Positions 1-18,283 of a stretch of 64,000 bases of DNA are shown here, in pieces. The DNA comes from the human T2T-CHM13v2.0 reference genome, Homo sapiens. Location of the stretch: NCBI RefSeq assembly GCF_009914755.1, contig NC_060930.1. One strand, 5' to 3'. The stretch's first letter is position 1, and each line of letters opens with the position of its first letter. The notes beneath the pieces were generated by a model. It was not told the origin of the DNA and searched no databases. It worked only from the letters and a program-made list of their open reading frames with translations. A program made the position numbers and the translations under genes.

Positions 1-1326
<1,326 letters not shown>

Positions 1327-3108
1327 TCCATTGGATTTTATACACATTCAGACACACAAAAACACACATGCATAATTGAAGTACCAAAAAAACTTTAAAA
1401 GTAGTAGATTTCCACAGATTGTTGCTTTTCTACTTCATCTTCTTTGTTTCCTTTGTTAACTCTGATTGATCTAGTTCTGATACATTTCTAGAATGACAGA
1501 CTTTACTGGATCCATACAAGGCATATTTTTAGAAGAGACAACTTGAGTACATTCATATGGCAGCTTGTAAGCATGAACCCCTACTCCTGTGTGTATTACT
1601 GGGGGAAAGTTTCATTGTTCTGGGCTATTTTTATAATGTGAAGCAAGCTAAAAGTTTTTGAGTGCCTACTCTCTGTCAAGCTCTCAGGTACAAACTTTAC
1701 AAAAAGTATTTTGTTTAATGTTCATAATAGTATTAGTATGGAATAGTATTGCTCTTCCAATTTTGTAAATTTTACGAATAGTCACAGAGAGATTAAGTCA
1801 CTTGCCTAATGTCATAGCTATTAGCTAATGGGTTTAGGATTTTATCCCAGTCATTGGCCCCCAAACCCATTTTCTTTTTTCTGTGCCTCCTGACCTCTAC
1901 CCTTGTGAGCAAAGACATTACAATGCCACCAAAAGAGATGAACTAAGCATTCCTGCTACCCCCCAACAGTGGTGAATATTGACTGAAATAAGTAGGATCC
2001 AAAGGCATGAGCTCATGGGCTTGTTCCATGGTACAGATAATTGTGATGCAGTGTTTGCCTTATAGCCACTCATACAATTCTAGTTACCCTGTACAAGTGT
2101 GTGACACTATTTGGTTTCAAAACTACATTTACATCACACACAGAAACATATATGTGCATATATACATAGACAAATATACTTACAAGTGACTGTATCAGAT
2201 GGGGATACCCACTGTATTCTAAGTAGGAGGACCAATCTGGAACTGGCTCCATAGATCCTCTTGCAAACCTCTTAGAGTCATTAACAACATAAACTGAACA
2301 GAAGGAAACCAATCCCACATCAAGTGGAGATTGTTTTGCTGCAAATCCAAGTCATAAAAATAAAACTCTCAGGTGTTAACATCTGTCTCGTAAGACTCTC
2401 TACCAGAGTTGCGGTTTGCTTATTCTTGCCCAACACCAGGCAGAGGTAATGTGACATTCAGAAGACCAGAAGCCTTAGTTCCAAACATGTCAGCCTCTTT
2501 TCTGGTTCTGCGTGTTCCCGGATAACTCCCTGTCTCCTTGCTGGCAGATGGCCGGACACCTACCCATGGAGAGGCCCTTGGTGTGTGAGCCACATTATAC
2601 ACACTTCACAGGGCAGGCAATATTTAATTTTCTGAAAATAACATCTACTGTGTTCTCATAGGTAAACTTATCTGAGGATTTCCACGTTACCAAGTATCTG
2701 TAGACTCATTAAGAAATGTCTACAAGCCCTTTATAACAGGTACTATAATTGATTAGTGCAAAAGTCAGGATACAGATACACGTGTTTCCCTCTAAAGACT
2801 TCATAATGTTATTGGACATTTTGAAAGCCTTTCATTATTTCCGCATCTCAAAACTCCAAAGACACCACTCTTGTAATCCCAGCACTTTGGGAGGCTGAGG
2901 TACAATTGTGAAATAGCAAAAGAACGAACATAACTAACTCCATTTTTGTTTAAAGGGTTTTACCCTTTCCTGCACGTAGGCTAGGATAATTTTATGGCAC
3001 CGAGATAATATACACAAACAACAATCATGTACTTTTAGAAACTAACTCTGGGATTAAAGGGGAAGTATATAAACAACTAACTATATATTGTTAAAGACTG
3101 ATAGGAGT

Positions 3109-3232
3109 GGCTGGGCACGGTGGCTCACGCCTGTAATCCCAGCACTTTGGGAGGCCGAGGCGGGCGGATCACCTGAGGTCAGGAGTTAGAGACCAGTCTG
3201 GCCAATATGGTGAAACCCTCTATTAAAAATAC
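3109..3232 (+). mobile_element. Alu left monomer with its own TSD
   Basis: Ends at the A-rich linker; flanked by taaagactga(t)aggag on both sides. Confidence 0.88.
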
Positions 3233-3406
3233 TAAAGACTGAAGGAGCATTATGACCTGACCAAGGACAAAGAAGTTCTCAACCTTCTTGAACCCTCACT
3301 GGTGCCCAAATGTCTATGGTCCTCAGTCTCCTCGATACTAACCCCTTCGTCTCCCCCCATACCCCGCTCCCATAAAAACCCTCCAACCAGCCTAAAAAAT
3401 TGGAGA

Positions 3407-3741
<335 letters not shown>

Positions 3742-4010
3742 TAGCTCATCATCTTCTCAATTTCTCTGGCTTTCCCAATAAACCTGCTTTTCCTCTCACC
3801 AACCTCATCTCTCGTATTTGGCTTTTGAGTGGTGAGCAGCCAAACCTAAGTTCAGTTACAGAGGTGCGAGGGTCACTCGAGCTACTGCACCACTCCAGCC
3901 TGTGTGCCAGAGCAAGACTCTGTCTCTAAAAACCAAACCAAACCAAACCAAACTCCAAATCTCCAAAGACAGGCCTTAGAATTAAATGCTGTGGTGTGAA
4001 CCATAGCTAG

Positions 4011-4405
<395 letters not shown>

Positions 4406-5082
4406 TGTTAATGAAATTTATGTTAACCTAGATAGGCTTGGGAGATTCTTCTTTAATCACTTCAAAGGCTTCTCTTTGTTTCTTTTTGCCTAAATTCTGC
4501 CTTTGCTTCCTACCAAAGGAGCTGTGTCACCCTGCGAAAAGATGCCACGACCAGATATCAGCTGGGTCCATGAAAGCTGAGGTGGGAGCGGAAGATTATT
4601 CAGATAATCTGATCATTGTAGGCACAGATCGGATAGCTTGCCAGCCCAATGCTAGTTTTCTCCTCACTAATTAGTGTGAACTATCTAGACAATGTACTTT
4701 TTCCCCCTTGGGGTCTGAATGTATGAGAAGTAAAATAAGGTTTTTTTTCCCTTCTTTGGTGAAAGTTAAAATCTTGTTGCACACATCTCAAATAGGTACA
4801 CTCAAGCATTCATAGCAAATCTATCTTTATTTTATAATTAGGTTTGTCATAAGGATATAAACATTCTTAAAGGTTAACTGATCATTAACCGTTAATGAAG
4901 AAATCTCACTGAGGGGTTTCTCAGTGAGAATATATATCATCAAATCTGTTGCTTGAAATTCCCTTGGAGAGGAGCCTTCTCCATCTCAAAACATGCTGTC
5001 AATGCCAGCGGGGACTGGTTTGGATGTGAAACAGAGACGGTGTGATTTTGTAGGATGATGTCATCTTCAACTGGAACAATAA

Positions 5083-5451
<369 letters not shown>

Positions 5452-6209
5452 TCAAAATATTATTGAGGGTTCCTAATGATACATTTCAGGCTTTCCAGTT
5501 TTAATAAAAGTTCAACAAGTATACACCGAGCACCTGCTAAGTGTTAGGAACCTTAGAAGAGTATCTATTGGTTAAGACCTAGTTTCTTGCCTCCCACCAG
5601 GAGACAGAACATACACGCAAAACGGGTACATTTGGACACCAGTGACCACACTATCCGATGACGTCCACTCAGATGTCGAATGGGCAACTCAAACTTAAAG
5701 TGACCTAAAACACACCAGACCTCCCGATGTGCCCCTGCCCGGTGGCCATCCCATGTTCTTCCCCATCTCCATAAATGGTATCCCATTCTTCCGGCTGTTC
5801 AATCAAGCACCTTGGAATCATACTTTCTTCCGCTCTTTCTCTTACATCACAAACATCCCAATTATAAGCAAACTGTATGGGTTCCTTTTCCAAATACACC
5901 TAGAATGATACTATTTTTTTACTACCTCCACCACCTTTGTCCTGGCCAAGCTGCATCTCACTCGCTCAGTCACCACATGCAAGCCTGATGTGGTCTGCAT
6001 GTGCCCCTTACTCCCTACACTGTAGCAACAGTGGTCTCCTTGCTGGTTCTTTAACCCCTCTTGCGCCTTCCGTCTGGGCACCTGCTACTCTCTCCATTCA
6101 TTTGGAATCTTTTTTGCCTCACGTACTGTTGCCACCCACTGTCCTTTTCAGAGAGAACTCCCCTGACAGTTCTATTTAAAATAACAACCCTCTAGTTTCC
6201 ATAGCTTCC

Positions 6210-6522
6210 TTTTTTTATTTTGAGATAGGGTCTTGTTCTGTTGCCCAGGCTGGAGTGCAGTAGCATGATCATGGCTCACTGCAGCCTTGACCTCGTGGGC
6301 TCAAGATATCTTCCTGCCTCAGCCGCCTGAGTAGTTGGGACCACATGCATGCACCACCATGTCCAGCTAATGTTTTGTTGGTGAAGATAATGATGATCAT
6401 TATGTAGAGATGGAGCCTTGCTATGTTGGCCTGGCTGGTTTCAAAACTCCTGGCCTCAAGTGCCCTCTTGCCTCAGCCTCCCAAAGTGCTGAGATTACAA
6501 GCATGAGCCACCTAGCCTGGCC
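6210..6522 (-). mobile_element. AluJ
   Basis: Diverged Alu with J-type features (cagccttgacctc, ctatgttg). Confidence 0.9.
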
Positions 6523-6539
6523 CCTTCTCCTCTTTATAC

Positions 6540-6867
6540 CAGGGATCCCCAACCCCCAGGCAACAGACCAGTAGCAGTCCATGGCCTGTTAGGTACTGGG
6601 CTGCACAGCTGGAGGTGAGCAACCATTCCAGACTGAGCTCCGCCTCCTGTCAGATCAGTCGCAAGCATTAGATTCTCATAGGAGCGTGAACCCTATTGTA
6701 AACTGCGCATGCAAGGAATCCAGGTTGTGCACTCCTTATGAGAATCTAACTAATGCCTGATGATCTGAGGTGGAACAGTTTCATCCCAAAACCATCCCCC
6801 TCCCTCTTCCCATCCTGCCAAAAAATCTTCTTCCATGAAACCAGTCCCTGGTGCCAAAAGGGACTGG
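6540..6867 (+). mobile_element. MER1B-like hAT-Charlie DNA transposon
   Basis: cagggatccccaaccccc...cattagattctcataggagcgtgaaccctattg...ctggtgccaaaa. Confidence 0.85.
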
Positions 6868-7005
6868 TTATCTTCTTATGCATTCTTTTTTATTTACTTG
6901 TATATTTGTCTGTTTTGCCTCTTTCCCCAAACTCAGTGTTCTATCTCCAGAGTCTAAAAGACTTCCTAGCAAGTAATAGGTGCTCAGTTAAAATCTGAAA
7001 GAAGA

Positions 7006-7460
<455 letters not shown>

Positions 7461-7842
7461 CTAAAGTGGGCTGTGACCTCCCCCAGGGAGAGGAGCAGTG
7501 CTTTCTCCAGGGTGTGGCTTTACCGCCTAACAGGCAGCTTTCTCAGCGGAGCCATAGCCACCTCACCTTGTCAGATGCTGAGGTCGTCATGATTTTATTG
7601 AATCACACTTCAGTTATTTTCTCTCCACTCTCGTTCTTGCAGCTGTGTTAGTAATCATTAAGTCATTTTATGATCTTGCTGGGGTTCCACACATTTTCCA
7701 GAATGGTTTCTGATTAAATCCCAATGAAAATAAACTCATGGGAGCAGTACCACAGATAACCAAAGCACGTTACATAACGCCAGACAGCTCAATATAGCCC
7801 ATTTTTTCATCCAGTAAATATATCCTGTTTCAAACACCCTAA

Positions 7843-8385
<543 letters not shown>

Positions 8386-9500
8386 TAAATCGACTCCTCT
8401 AGAACTGTCACCTCCAACTCCCATTTTGGATGGACGAACCTAGACAGGGAGACAACACCGACTCACTTCTGGGCTCATAATTATTTTTTAAATGTCACCT
8501 TCCTAATCTGACTAATGACTGGCTTTTAAGAAAAATTTTAGCTCCTCTGTATGAAAATTCAATAAAATTCCTTTCACCACTTAGTCAATAACTACTATAT
8601 CTAAACACTATGCACATACACGCATATTTATGCTGTTTGATTGTATATTTCAATCTTAGATTGGTGCTATGTCTATATACACACATATGTACATATCACC
8701 AAAAACAAGATAGAAAGAAAACAAAACGTCTGTTGTTTAAATATGTCTCCCATTTCCTTCACAAGAGTCCCTGTTTTCACAAATTGCGAAGGGCATCTGT
8801 TTTACAAAACATTTTTTCATGACACTATCCCAGACATACAAATTTCGCCTGTTGCTGGGAGCAATGAATTCTCTCATAAGCTAGGTTTCAGTAAGTATGT
8901 CTTGTTTTTTGGCGAAATTATTAAATTGGGCATTCTTAACTTTGTCTGCAAGTGAAATTCTCAGTCTTGTTTTACCTGTAGAGAAAGGCCGGTCTGCTTT
9001 CCTGGAAGGCTAAGTCTGCATGGTTACGTTCTCAGCATGAAAAAAATCAGAAAACCCCGTCTCAAAGATGAAGGGGGTAAGCGAGAGACCCATTTACTGC
9101 AATGTTTAAAAATCATTAATAAAAACAGTCAAAACTCTTTGGCTGAGTGTAAGAATCTCTGTGAGTGTTCTATTTAAAACACTGAATCATGTTCACGCAA
9201 AGCCTGACTCAGTCCTTGGTGGAAGTGTTTCAGGGTTGTTCAGTAAACCCACACCCTAGCACCGGGACGCCTCCTAACACAAATCCCACATTAAAAGCTG
9301 GGTTTTTCTTACACATGGTAGCGTGGCTCACAGAGCTCCCTTGTGGGAAGGCCCTGTGGGGAGGCTCAGGGATGGCCAGGAAGGACACTGCCCAGTGAGT
9401 GACCACAGCAGCTGTGACACGGAAGCCCTTAGGCACACAGGTTCTAGCTCACTTGCCTTCCTTTTCTGGGGCCTTAAAATGTGTGCCTTAGGCAGGGAAG

Positions 9501-9785
9501 GGTGGCTCATCCCTGTAATCCCAGCACTTTGGGGGCCTGAGGCGGGAGGATCACATGAGCTCAGGAGTTCAAGAGCAGCCTGGGCAACATGGCAAGACCC
9601 CGTCTCTACAAAAAAATAGAAAAATTAGCTGGGCGTGGTGGTGTGTACTTGTGGTCCCTGTTCCTAGGGAGGCTGAAGTGGGAGGATTGCTTGAGCCTAG
9701 GAGGTCAAAGCTGCAGTGAGCTATTATGGTGTCACTGCACTCCAGCCTGGGCAACAGAGCAAGACCCTATCTCAAAAAAAAAAAA
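9501..9785 (+). mobile_element. AluJ
   Basis: Alu consensus; TSD tgtgcctta. Confidence 0.9.
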
Positions 9786-9804
9786 TGTGCCTTAAAGAAC
9801 AACA

Positions 9805-10310
9805 TAATATTCAGTGCTAAAAAGAAATGAGCTATCAGAGCAACAAGAAGACATGGAAGAACCTGAAATGCATATCGCTAAGTGAGAGACGCCAATGTGA
9901 AAAGGCGACATACCGGATGATTCCAACTGCATGGCATTCTGGAACAGGCAAAACTATGGAGAGAGTAAAATGATCAGTGGGTGCCAGGAGTTTCAGGTGG
10001 GGTGTGGGGGACAAATAGTTGATGCATAAGGGATTTTTAGGGTGGTACAGCTGTTCTGTATAATAATGTAATGCTGGATACATGACATCATAAATTCATC
10101 AAAAACAGCATGTACAACACAGAGTGAACTGTAGTATAAACTATGGACTTTAGTTAAAAATAAGGTATCGGTACTGGCTCATCAGTTGTAACCAATCTAT
10201 CACACCAATGCAAGATTTTAATAACAGGGAAAACTGTTAGGTGTGTGAGACCTCTCTCTACTTGCTGTACACCTAAAACTGCTTTAAACAATAGTCTTTA
10301 ATTTTTTTCT
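9805..10310 (+). mobile_element. L1MC-type 3' end
   Basis: aaaagaaatgagctatca...gacatggaagaacctgaaatgcatatcgctaagtga...aaactatggacttt. Confidence 0.8.
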
Positions 10311-12475
10311 AAATGCTATAAACAACAACAGTCTGAGAGAATCAAAACATATAAGATGACCCAGTTGGGGGCACATATAGCACATACAGTTTAAAGGAGA
10401 GCATTTTTCTCCTTTTTTTTTTTTTTTAGAGAGGTACAAAGACCCACAAACAAAAATGTGGTTTGACATAGTTTCTCTGTTGGAGCCTTTCCAGCACCAG
10501 AACAGACAGGAAGTGTGTATTACCAACAACTGCGGCACAAATCCAGGGCTGGGCTCTGCACACAGGGCAGTCACCAACTATCTATTTTTTGATACATTAG
10601 GATTCATCGCCACCAAGCTCGGCATGTTCAATGTTGGCAAGTGGGTCTGCCTTGGCTGCAAAGGGACTGACTCTACAGGCTCATGTGCCGCCTGCATGAG
10701 GGCCTCGGCTATTTTTAGGTACCAGCTAATCCATTCAATGCATAATGTTACCACCGATGACTCACAGCTCACAGAAGTCAACCAAAAAATAGTAGAATGA
10801 AAGGAAAGCCATCGGTAGACAGCCAGTAAGTACATCATGATAACAACTGCTGTACGAGCACACACACAGGCACACTCACACCCACGCCAGGACAGTCGGG
10901 AGGAGGAAATGGCACTGAATATTAAGCAGCCACCGAGTCAGGGAAGCAGTCACCTCGGGAGGCGCTGGGAAGCGACAGACGGCCCTAATAACACACAGAG
11001 CCTGGCATTTAGGAAAGAAGCAAAGGAACGTGTCAACCCAGAGCACTTTACCAATACATTTTACAACTCCACTGAGCAAATGCTGTGTACTCTTCAGAGA
11101 AGCTGAACCTAGGAAGGGTGAGACAGAAGGATGGGATAATATAGAACGCCGCCAGATGGAAGCCAAAGGCTCCCCAGCTGGGGCCATCCTGGGCAGGGCT
11201 GTCCCAGCGGGCACGTCACTAACAGCCTCTTGCAGAAGAGGAGCCTGGGAGCCCTTGTTTCTGCATTGGTTGTCTTACTGATCTGGAGGGCTGGAGCACC
11301 AATGCACCCCTCAAATCCAGTTCATACTCAGAAATACAGATTGATATGCTCACGCAGGCTGGCATGACATCATTTAGCCTTAGAAACAGGAACGGCGGGA
11401 AGGGTGCTCGCCTCGGCCACTCGCGGGATTCCACCCCGAGGATTACAGGCAGGGTAAAAATGGCTAATTGTGCTCATTGGAAAAGTTCAGCCTTCTTTCT
11501 AGACTTTCATCAGCTGCCTCTCCTTCCATAAACTCTTTTTAGAACACGAGGCCTTTGATTTATTTTTCAGCTGTGAATCACTTTCTCAGGGCCCGAGCCA
11601 TCTAAGTTGAAGCAGGGAAGGGAAAACTAACATTGCACAAGGTCCCAGTGCTACTGACGGGTGAGGGATATGTTCAGACTCAGATCTCTTCAGTGCCAGT
11701 TCCTGCATTTTCCAAGCAGCTAACCTACTTCCTACCCAAGGAGGAGGTGCGAAGCCCCATCCTTCTTTTGAGTTGCATTGGCTCCCACGTTGATGCTATC
11801 GCCTGGGGGGTCGCATCTGGATGCGCCACAGACTTATGGCCTCAAACTTGGAGGATATTAAGTGGATTATATTTGGCAGTGAGGCCCAAGGGAAGTGATT
11901 CTGTCATCCTTTGGGACTCTCAACCAGAATCAAGGCATGGCAAAGCAGCAACTCTCTTCCAGGGTGGGGAACGTGCTATCACCCTCCACTGAAGAGGAAG
12001 GAGGCTTCCTTTGGTGCACGCAGTAACAATGGACAACACCTGGCATTCCCCTTTCCTCCCACAGCACCTAGGTGGGGGCCTGGGGGATGCATAGACGCTT
12101 TGCTCGAGTGGAGAAAAGCTGTACTGGGCAGGGCAATGCCACAGGGATAGTGATAAACACGGAAAAGCATTTTTCTCCTACATTGCCTCGTCTGGAGCGT
12201 CAGCTGGGACAATGCTGGGGGCATCTTTCCACAGTCTTAATGAGGAATTCAGCCCCTTAAAAATCATCCCCAAACTAAACACCCCTCAGTTTTATATGCC
12301 ATGGCTTTAGTTCCCATGAGGTCTGTGTGCCGCTTAGCATGAGGTCAGTACATGTTCATCTTAATGCTCTTCTTGGTTTTTGGTTAACCGACGCTAATAA
12401 ATTTTTACAAGGGCTGTGCTGTTCTGGAAAGTATAAAAGTGAAGCATTAAAAAACGGAACCCTCTCAAGAGATTA

Positions 12476-12810
<335 letters not shown>

Positions 12811-13796
12811 CCCACAGAAAAACAAAACTCATTTGCCTGGTTTAGAGAGGAGAGTGCTGCAGCTCAGAGAGGTGAAGTAACTTGTCCTGCCAGAGACCCA
12901 AATCCGCACCCCTGGGTCTGTCACCACCATACTATATCACACTGCTTTCCCTGGGGGTGTGATGTTGGGGGGGTCTTATGAGTTCAGGCATCCTCAAGAG
13001 TCTGTTCATGCAGGATTTCTGCCTAGAGTCACAATGCCATCTGTTTTGGAGAAAACCATCTCTTCTTCCACAACTTCCCCAATCAAATTTGTGATTTTGC
13101 TTATTAAGCTCAACAATTTGCACATTTCTGAATTTCTCTGTGGGTGCAGTGTCAGCAGTGCCTAACCAGTTGAGAAGACCAGGAAGATTCTTCAGGCTAG
13201 GGGAGAAAACCCCTCAGGAAGGCACTGCAGAGGGGAGAAGGATGTAGCCTTTGGAACCTCAATTAAGTCCAGATATGAGTTCTCTCTCTCCCTCCCATCT
13301 CCCCCTCTCATGCTCTCTGTCTGAGTCTCCACTGACTCTGAACCTGTCACTTGTGGCAAACACAGCTGGTGGAGTATTTTAGCTGTGATGATGTCAGCCG
13401 ATTTCTGATAGGCTCCTCGGTAAAGTGACAAATCATTGGTTGCGTCAGGCCTTGCACTTTTGTTTCTACAGCGTGAAGCCCTAGCTGCCTTTTCAGCAGG
13501 TCTCAGCACACTTGCCTTTCTTTGAGGAAGCCCTTCCCGGCATGCAGCATAGCCACGCGGGGGCCAACCTCACAGACCTGCCAACAGGCCCTGACAACAC
13601 TTCTACCTGCTCGTCTGCACCCTGGCTGTCAGTAGAGAGATTTAGTGATCTCACTATGGGAAAAAACATGAGAACAGGGCTCTGACTTCACAGGGAAGCC
13701 AATTTCTCTTTCATTTAAGCATTAATTTTGCAAAGTTTGGAGTAGGGAAAAACACACCTAGATCTTCCTCCCCAAGAACAGAAGAGGGCTGTAAGG

Positions 13797-14110
13797 GGCT
13801 GGGCGCAGTGGCTCACGCCTACAATCCCAGCTTTAGGAGGCTGAGGCGGGTGAATCACCTGAGGTCAGGAGTTCGAGACCAGCCTGGCCAACATGGTGAA
13901 ACCCTGTCTCTACTAAAAATACAAAAATTAGCAGGGGGTGATGGCGTGTGCCTGTAGTCTCGGCTACTTGGGAGGCTGAGGCAGAAGAATCACTTGAACC
14001 AAGAGGCAGATGTTGCAGTGAGCCAAGATCACCCCACTGCACTCTGCACTCCAGCCTGGGTGACAGAGCAAGACTCTGTCTCCAAAAAAAAAAAAAAAAA
14101 AAAAAAAAAA
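13797..14110 (+). mobile_element. AluS
   Basis: Alu consensus with long A tail. Confidence 0.93.
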
Positions 14111-14715
14111 TAGAAGAGTCTGGTTTCTGCAGAGGCTGCCAGGCCTGGGAAGTGTGGCCCACAGCTGAAGTGGCTGCCTTCATTCTCAAGCTGAAGTTGA
14201 TGCTGGCCGGCAAGGAACCAGTCGCATTTCTAAACAAAACCTCTTTTCACACCTGCCTCTGTTCACAAAAATGTGTTAAGGATTCTAAGTACCATGAAAA
14301 GCAATGACTCTTCACTCATGTTTATTTTCCATGTGTCACCTGGGGTCTGTGAAGAGTCAACTTTGCTCAAGGTAGTTCATTTTCTTTCTCCTAGTACCCA
14401 CCCCTAATTCATGCAGGAAGTGAACAGCCACTACAGAGGGGTAGTGAGCTGTATTATTATGCCATTTATTTTAAAAATCCTGATTTTCTTTTTTTTTTAA
14501 ATAAGATCTTTGGGGAAATCTTTCTTGGGCCCTTCCAAAGACTGTAAACCTACAGTGACATCTCATAATACAAAGAAAAGTATTCAGGGCTAAAAGCTCT
14601 CGGCAATGCAGGGCCCCGGCTTTGTGCAAGCCCCCATATCCAGTCATTCACGAGTGGTTCTGGAAAACTGATTTGGTCCTTTCCTCACTTGGGCATTTAA
14701 GAAATGCTCAAAAAA

Positions 14716-15040
<325 letters not shown>

Positions 15041-15603
15041 TTAATTAGTTTATCTTTTTTTTCTTGTTTTATTTTATCTGAATGTCCCAAATAGCAGCTA
15101 TTTCATGACTATTTTCAACTCAAGCTGGAAGGAGGCTCTGTCCCATTTGAATGTTTTCAAATCCTAGATGGAAACACTTGTAGAAAGTACGCTCGATAGC
15201 CAGGAAAGCTCTCAGCTGCAGGCTGAACCTGCTGGACTCCCAGCAACTTGGGCAGTGAAAGAAATGGGCTGTGGAATAAATGCATGTAATCGATCTAAGA
15301 ACCTGGAAAAGGGTAGATTGAAGGAGCCTGTGGAAATTAAGAGCGTTAACCATACTTCCAGTGACTCATCTTGGCTACAGCTGACTTTACCCCAAGCCCA
15401 GCAGGTCACCTGGGACAGCCCTGACTTCTCAGATTGTATTAACCACGCTTTTATTTTCTGATGCTTTGATATTTTAGTGTCTTGTGGATCCCAGAGGTAT
15501 AGTCTCTCCTAGGATTAGCTAATTCCTAGAGGCCTGACTTTTATATGCAAACCAACCAGTCCAGAGCTAATTCCTAGGAGCCTGACTTTCATATGCAAAC
15601 TAA

Positions 15604-15984
<381 letters not shown>

Positions 15985-16328
15985 TGATCACCCCAGCACC
16001 AGCAGCCAGACAACTAAGGACAGCCCCTACACCCCAGAGCACACTGGAATTATCCACTCTAACCAATCCTAAACCCGCTTACCCTGCCTCCCATGAAACC
16101 ACAATAAAGGCTGTTGTTTGCCACATTTCCCCTCACTCCCTCCACCTCCTGACCCACCTGGGGCTTCCCCAGGTGCCCCCCACTTTACGGTGTTCTACAC
16201 CTCTTGGTGTAGAGTGCCCTTTCCTCTTGGGATCAGAGAGTATAACAAATTATCTCGTCAAAGAGAGTTGTCTGCTGATCTATCTGTTGGCCTTATCATA
16301 CCTAAATAATAAGACATTATATATATGT

Positions 16329-16486
16329 TGGAGACCGGGCCTTGCTATGTTGCCCAGGCTTGAGTGCAGTGATAGTCACAGGTTCAGCCATAGCTCACTA
16401 CAGCCTCGAACTCCTGGGCTCAAGTGATCCTCCTGCCTCAGTCTCTGGAGTAGCTGGGACCGAAGGCATATACCACTGTACCCAGC
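16329..16486 (-). mobile_element. Alu monomer (FAM/FLAM/FRAM-like)
   Basis: Diverged monomer; TSD aataagacat. Confidence 0.8.
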
Positions 16487-16948
16487 TAATAAGACATATT
16501 TTAAAACATGGATGTTGCAATGGGATATGATTGCTTTAGCATCTAATCCCCTCACTCCAACGGCATCCTCTGTCTTTTCCTGGTAAGAAAAAGTGCCGAA
16601 TGACCACTAGAAGGACCCGAAGTCCAGCAGCGTTTCCTAATCAGGGTTCCTCATCTTAATCACAGAATTCAAAAAATAACTAGAGTGGTGAGTTTCTGGA
16701 TTGTCTCAAGGACTCCATAACTAGCCCCACTCTCCATGCATGGAGGTTAATTCATTACACACAGCAGAGATCACGGGGAAATGGGGCTTATTTTTTCTAG
16801 AGAACGCAGTTGGGAAAGGCCGAGTCTAAGGTCTAGGTGTACCCGAGAACCCTTAATCCTGCCTCATAGAAGCAATTCGTCTTGCCAGGAGATGATGATG
16901 GCATCACGGTGTGGTGTCCCATCCCTGTGCCACCCTGGCTAACGTTAC

Positions 16949-17183
16949 CTGGGCTCGGTGCTCCCCGACGGCGAACTGTATCACGGCCACGCCCGGGCTA
17001 TGGCTGTCTTCAATCCTCTCTACGGTGCTGGAGTCGATCTTCAGGTCGTTGCTTATCTCTGCACTCTGGATGAAATCTTCTGTTTTTAAGTCTTCCACCT
17101 TCTTTAGCTCCCCGTTGGCCAACTGGATGATGGAGCCTTTCATGAAGTAGGGAGGCAGCGTAGGGGGAGCCGCCGCCGGGGAG
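16949..17183 (-). other. ATXN1: N-terminal part of the AXH domain
   Basis: SPAAAPPTLPPYFMKGSIIQLANGELKKVEDLKTEDFIQSAEIS... is the start of the ataxin-1 AXH domain; the intron interrupts it. Confidence 0.85.
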
Positions 17184-18188
17184 GCCACGGACTGCACCAC
17201 AGGCAGGTGGATCTGGGCCTGCACCATGGCTGGGTAGGCGGCCTGGGTGACCAGGGCCTCAGGGTTGAAGTTCTCGCTCTTGGGAAGGGCGGTGGTGACG
17301 AACGTGTGAGGCACTGCAGCAAACTGGGGGGATGACGTGACTATGGCCGGGGCTGCCCCCGACGCTTCCATGTCAGTGCTGCCGACCGGGATGAGCAGGG
17401 GCTGTGTGCCGGGGATCACCAGGTGCTGGGGCAGGCTGCCGGCGTAGGTGATTGCTTGCTGCTGGCCGCTCAGGTAGCCGATGACAGGGGGTTGAGTCCC
17501 TGCGTAGAAGGCCGTGGCTGGCAGTCCCACCGGGAGTGGCTCTGAAGCACTGTGTGTGGTCTGAATGACCGTGTGGGGTGAGAGCGCGTAGGACCGGTGG
17601 CCAGGCTTCCCTAAATGCAGGCCACTTTTGTCGTTGAGGGTAGAAGGGGAGGCCTCACGATGAGTGGCCTGTTGCACCTCCAGGTCAGCTGCGGGCGTGT
17701 TGCTGTTGGGCAGGACCATCACAGAGGCCCGGACCCCCGAAGGATCACGACTGCTGTAGTCTGAGGGGCTCGGGTGGACCACCACGTGCCTGGACTCGTA
17801 CGGGTGAGGAACCGACTTGCCGCCTGCCTTGCCCAGGCCCAGGTCGGCTGAGGACGGGGCCCCGTACCGCCGGCTCTTCTCCATCTCACCGTTCAGGACC
17901 TCCTTGGCCTGGATGGCCTGCTGCAGCCGGCTGCTCTCGGCTTTCTTGGTGGCCTCCCGAGGGACAAAGTGGCTGCCGGAGTCGGCGTATTGCATGACGA
18001 CCTGGGAGGGGGGCCCCAGGGTGAGCGTGTGTGGGATCATCGTCTGGTGGGGGTGGAGGTGGACGGGGATGGCCGGAGGAGAGGCGGTGCGGCCGGTGTT
18101 CTGCGGAGAACTGGAAATGTGGACGTACTGGTTCTGCTGGGCTGGTGGGGGGGACCCCGGGGTGATGAGCCCCGGAGCCCTGCTGAGG

Positions 18189-18232
<44 letters not shown>

Positions 18233-18238
18233 ATGCTG

Positions 18239-18283
<45 letters not shown>

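Larger units (their letters stand above)
5650..7000 (+). mobile_element. L2 remnant interrupted by AluJ and MER1B
   Basis: L2-like motifs (tccactcagatgtc...aactcaaacttaa; 3' end aataggtgctcagttaaa). Confidence 0.6.

Noticed and set aside
18191-18280. Pathogenic SCA1 expansion
   Set aside because: Only 30 units, with two CAT interruptions; normal range.
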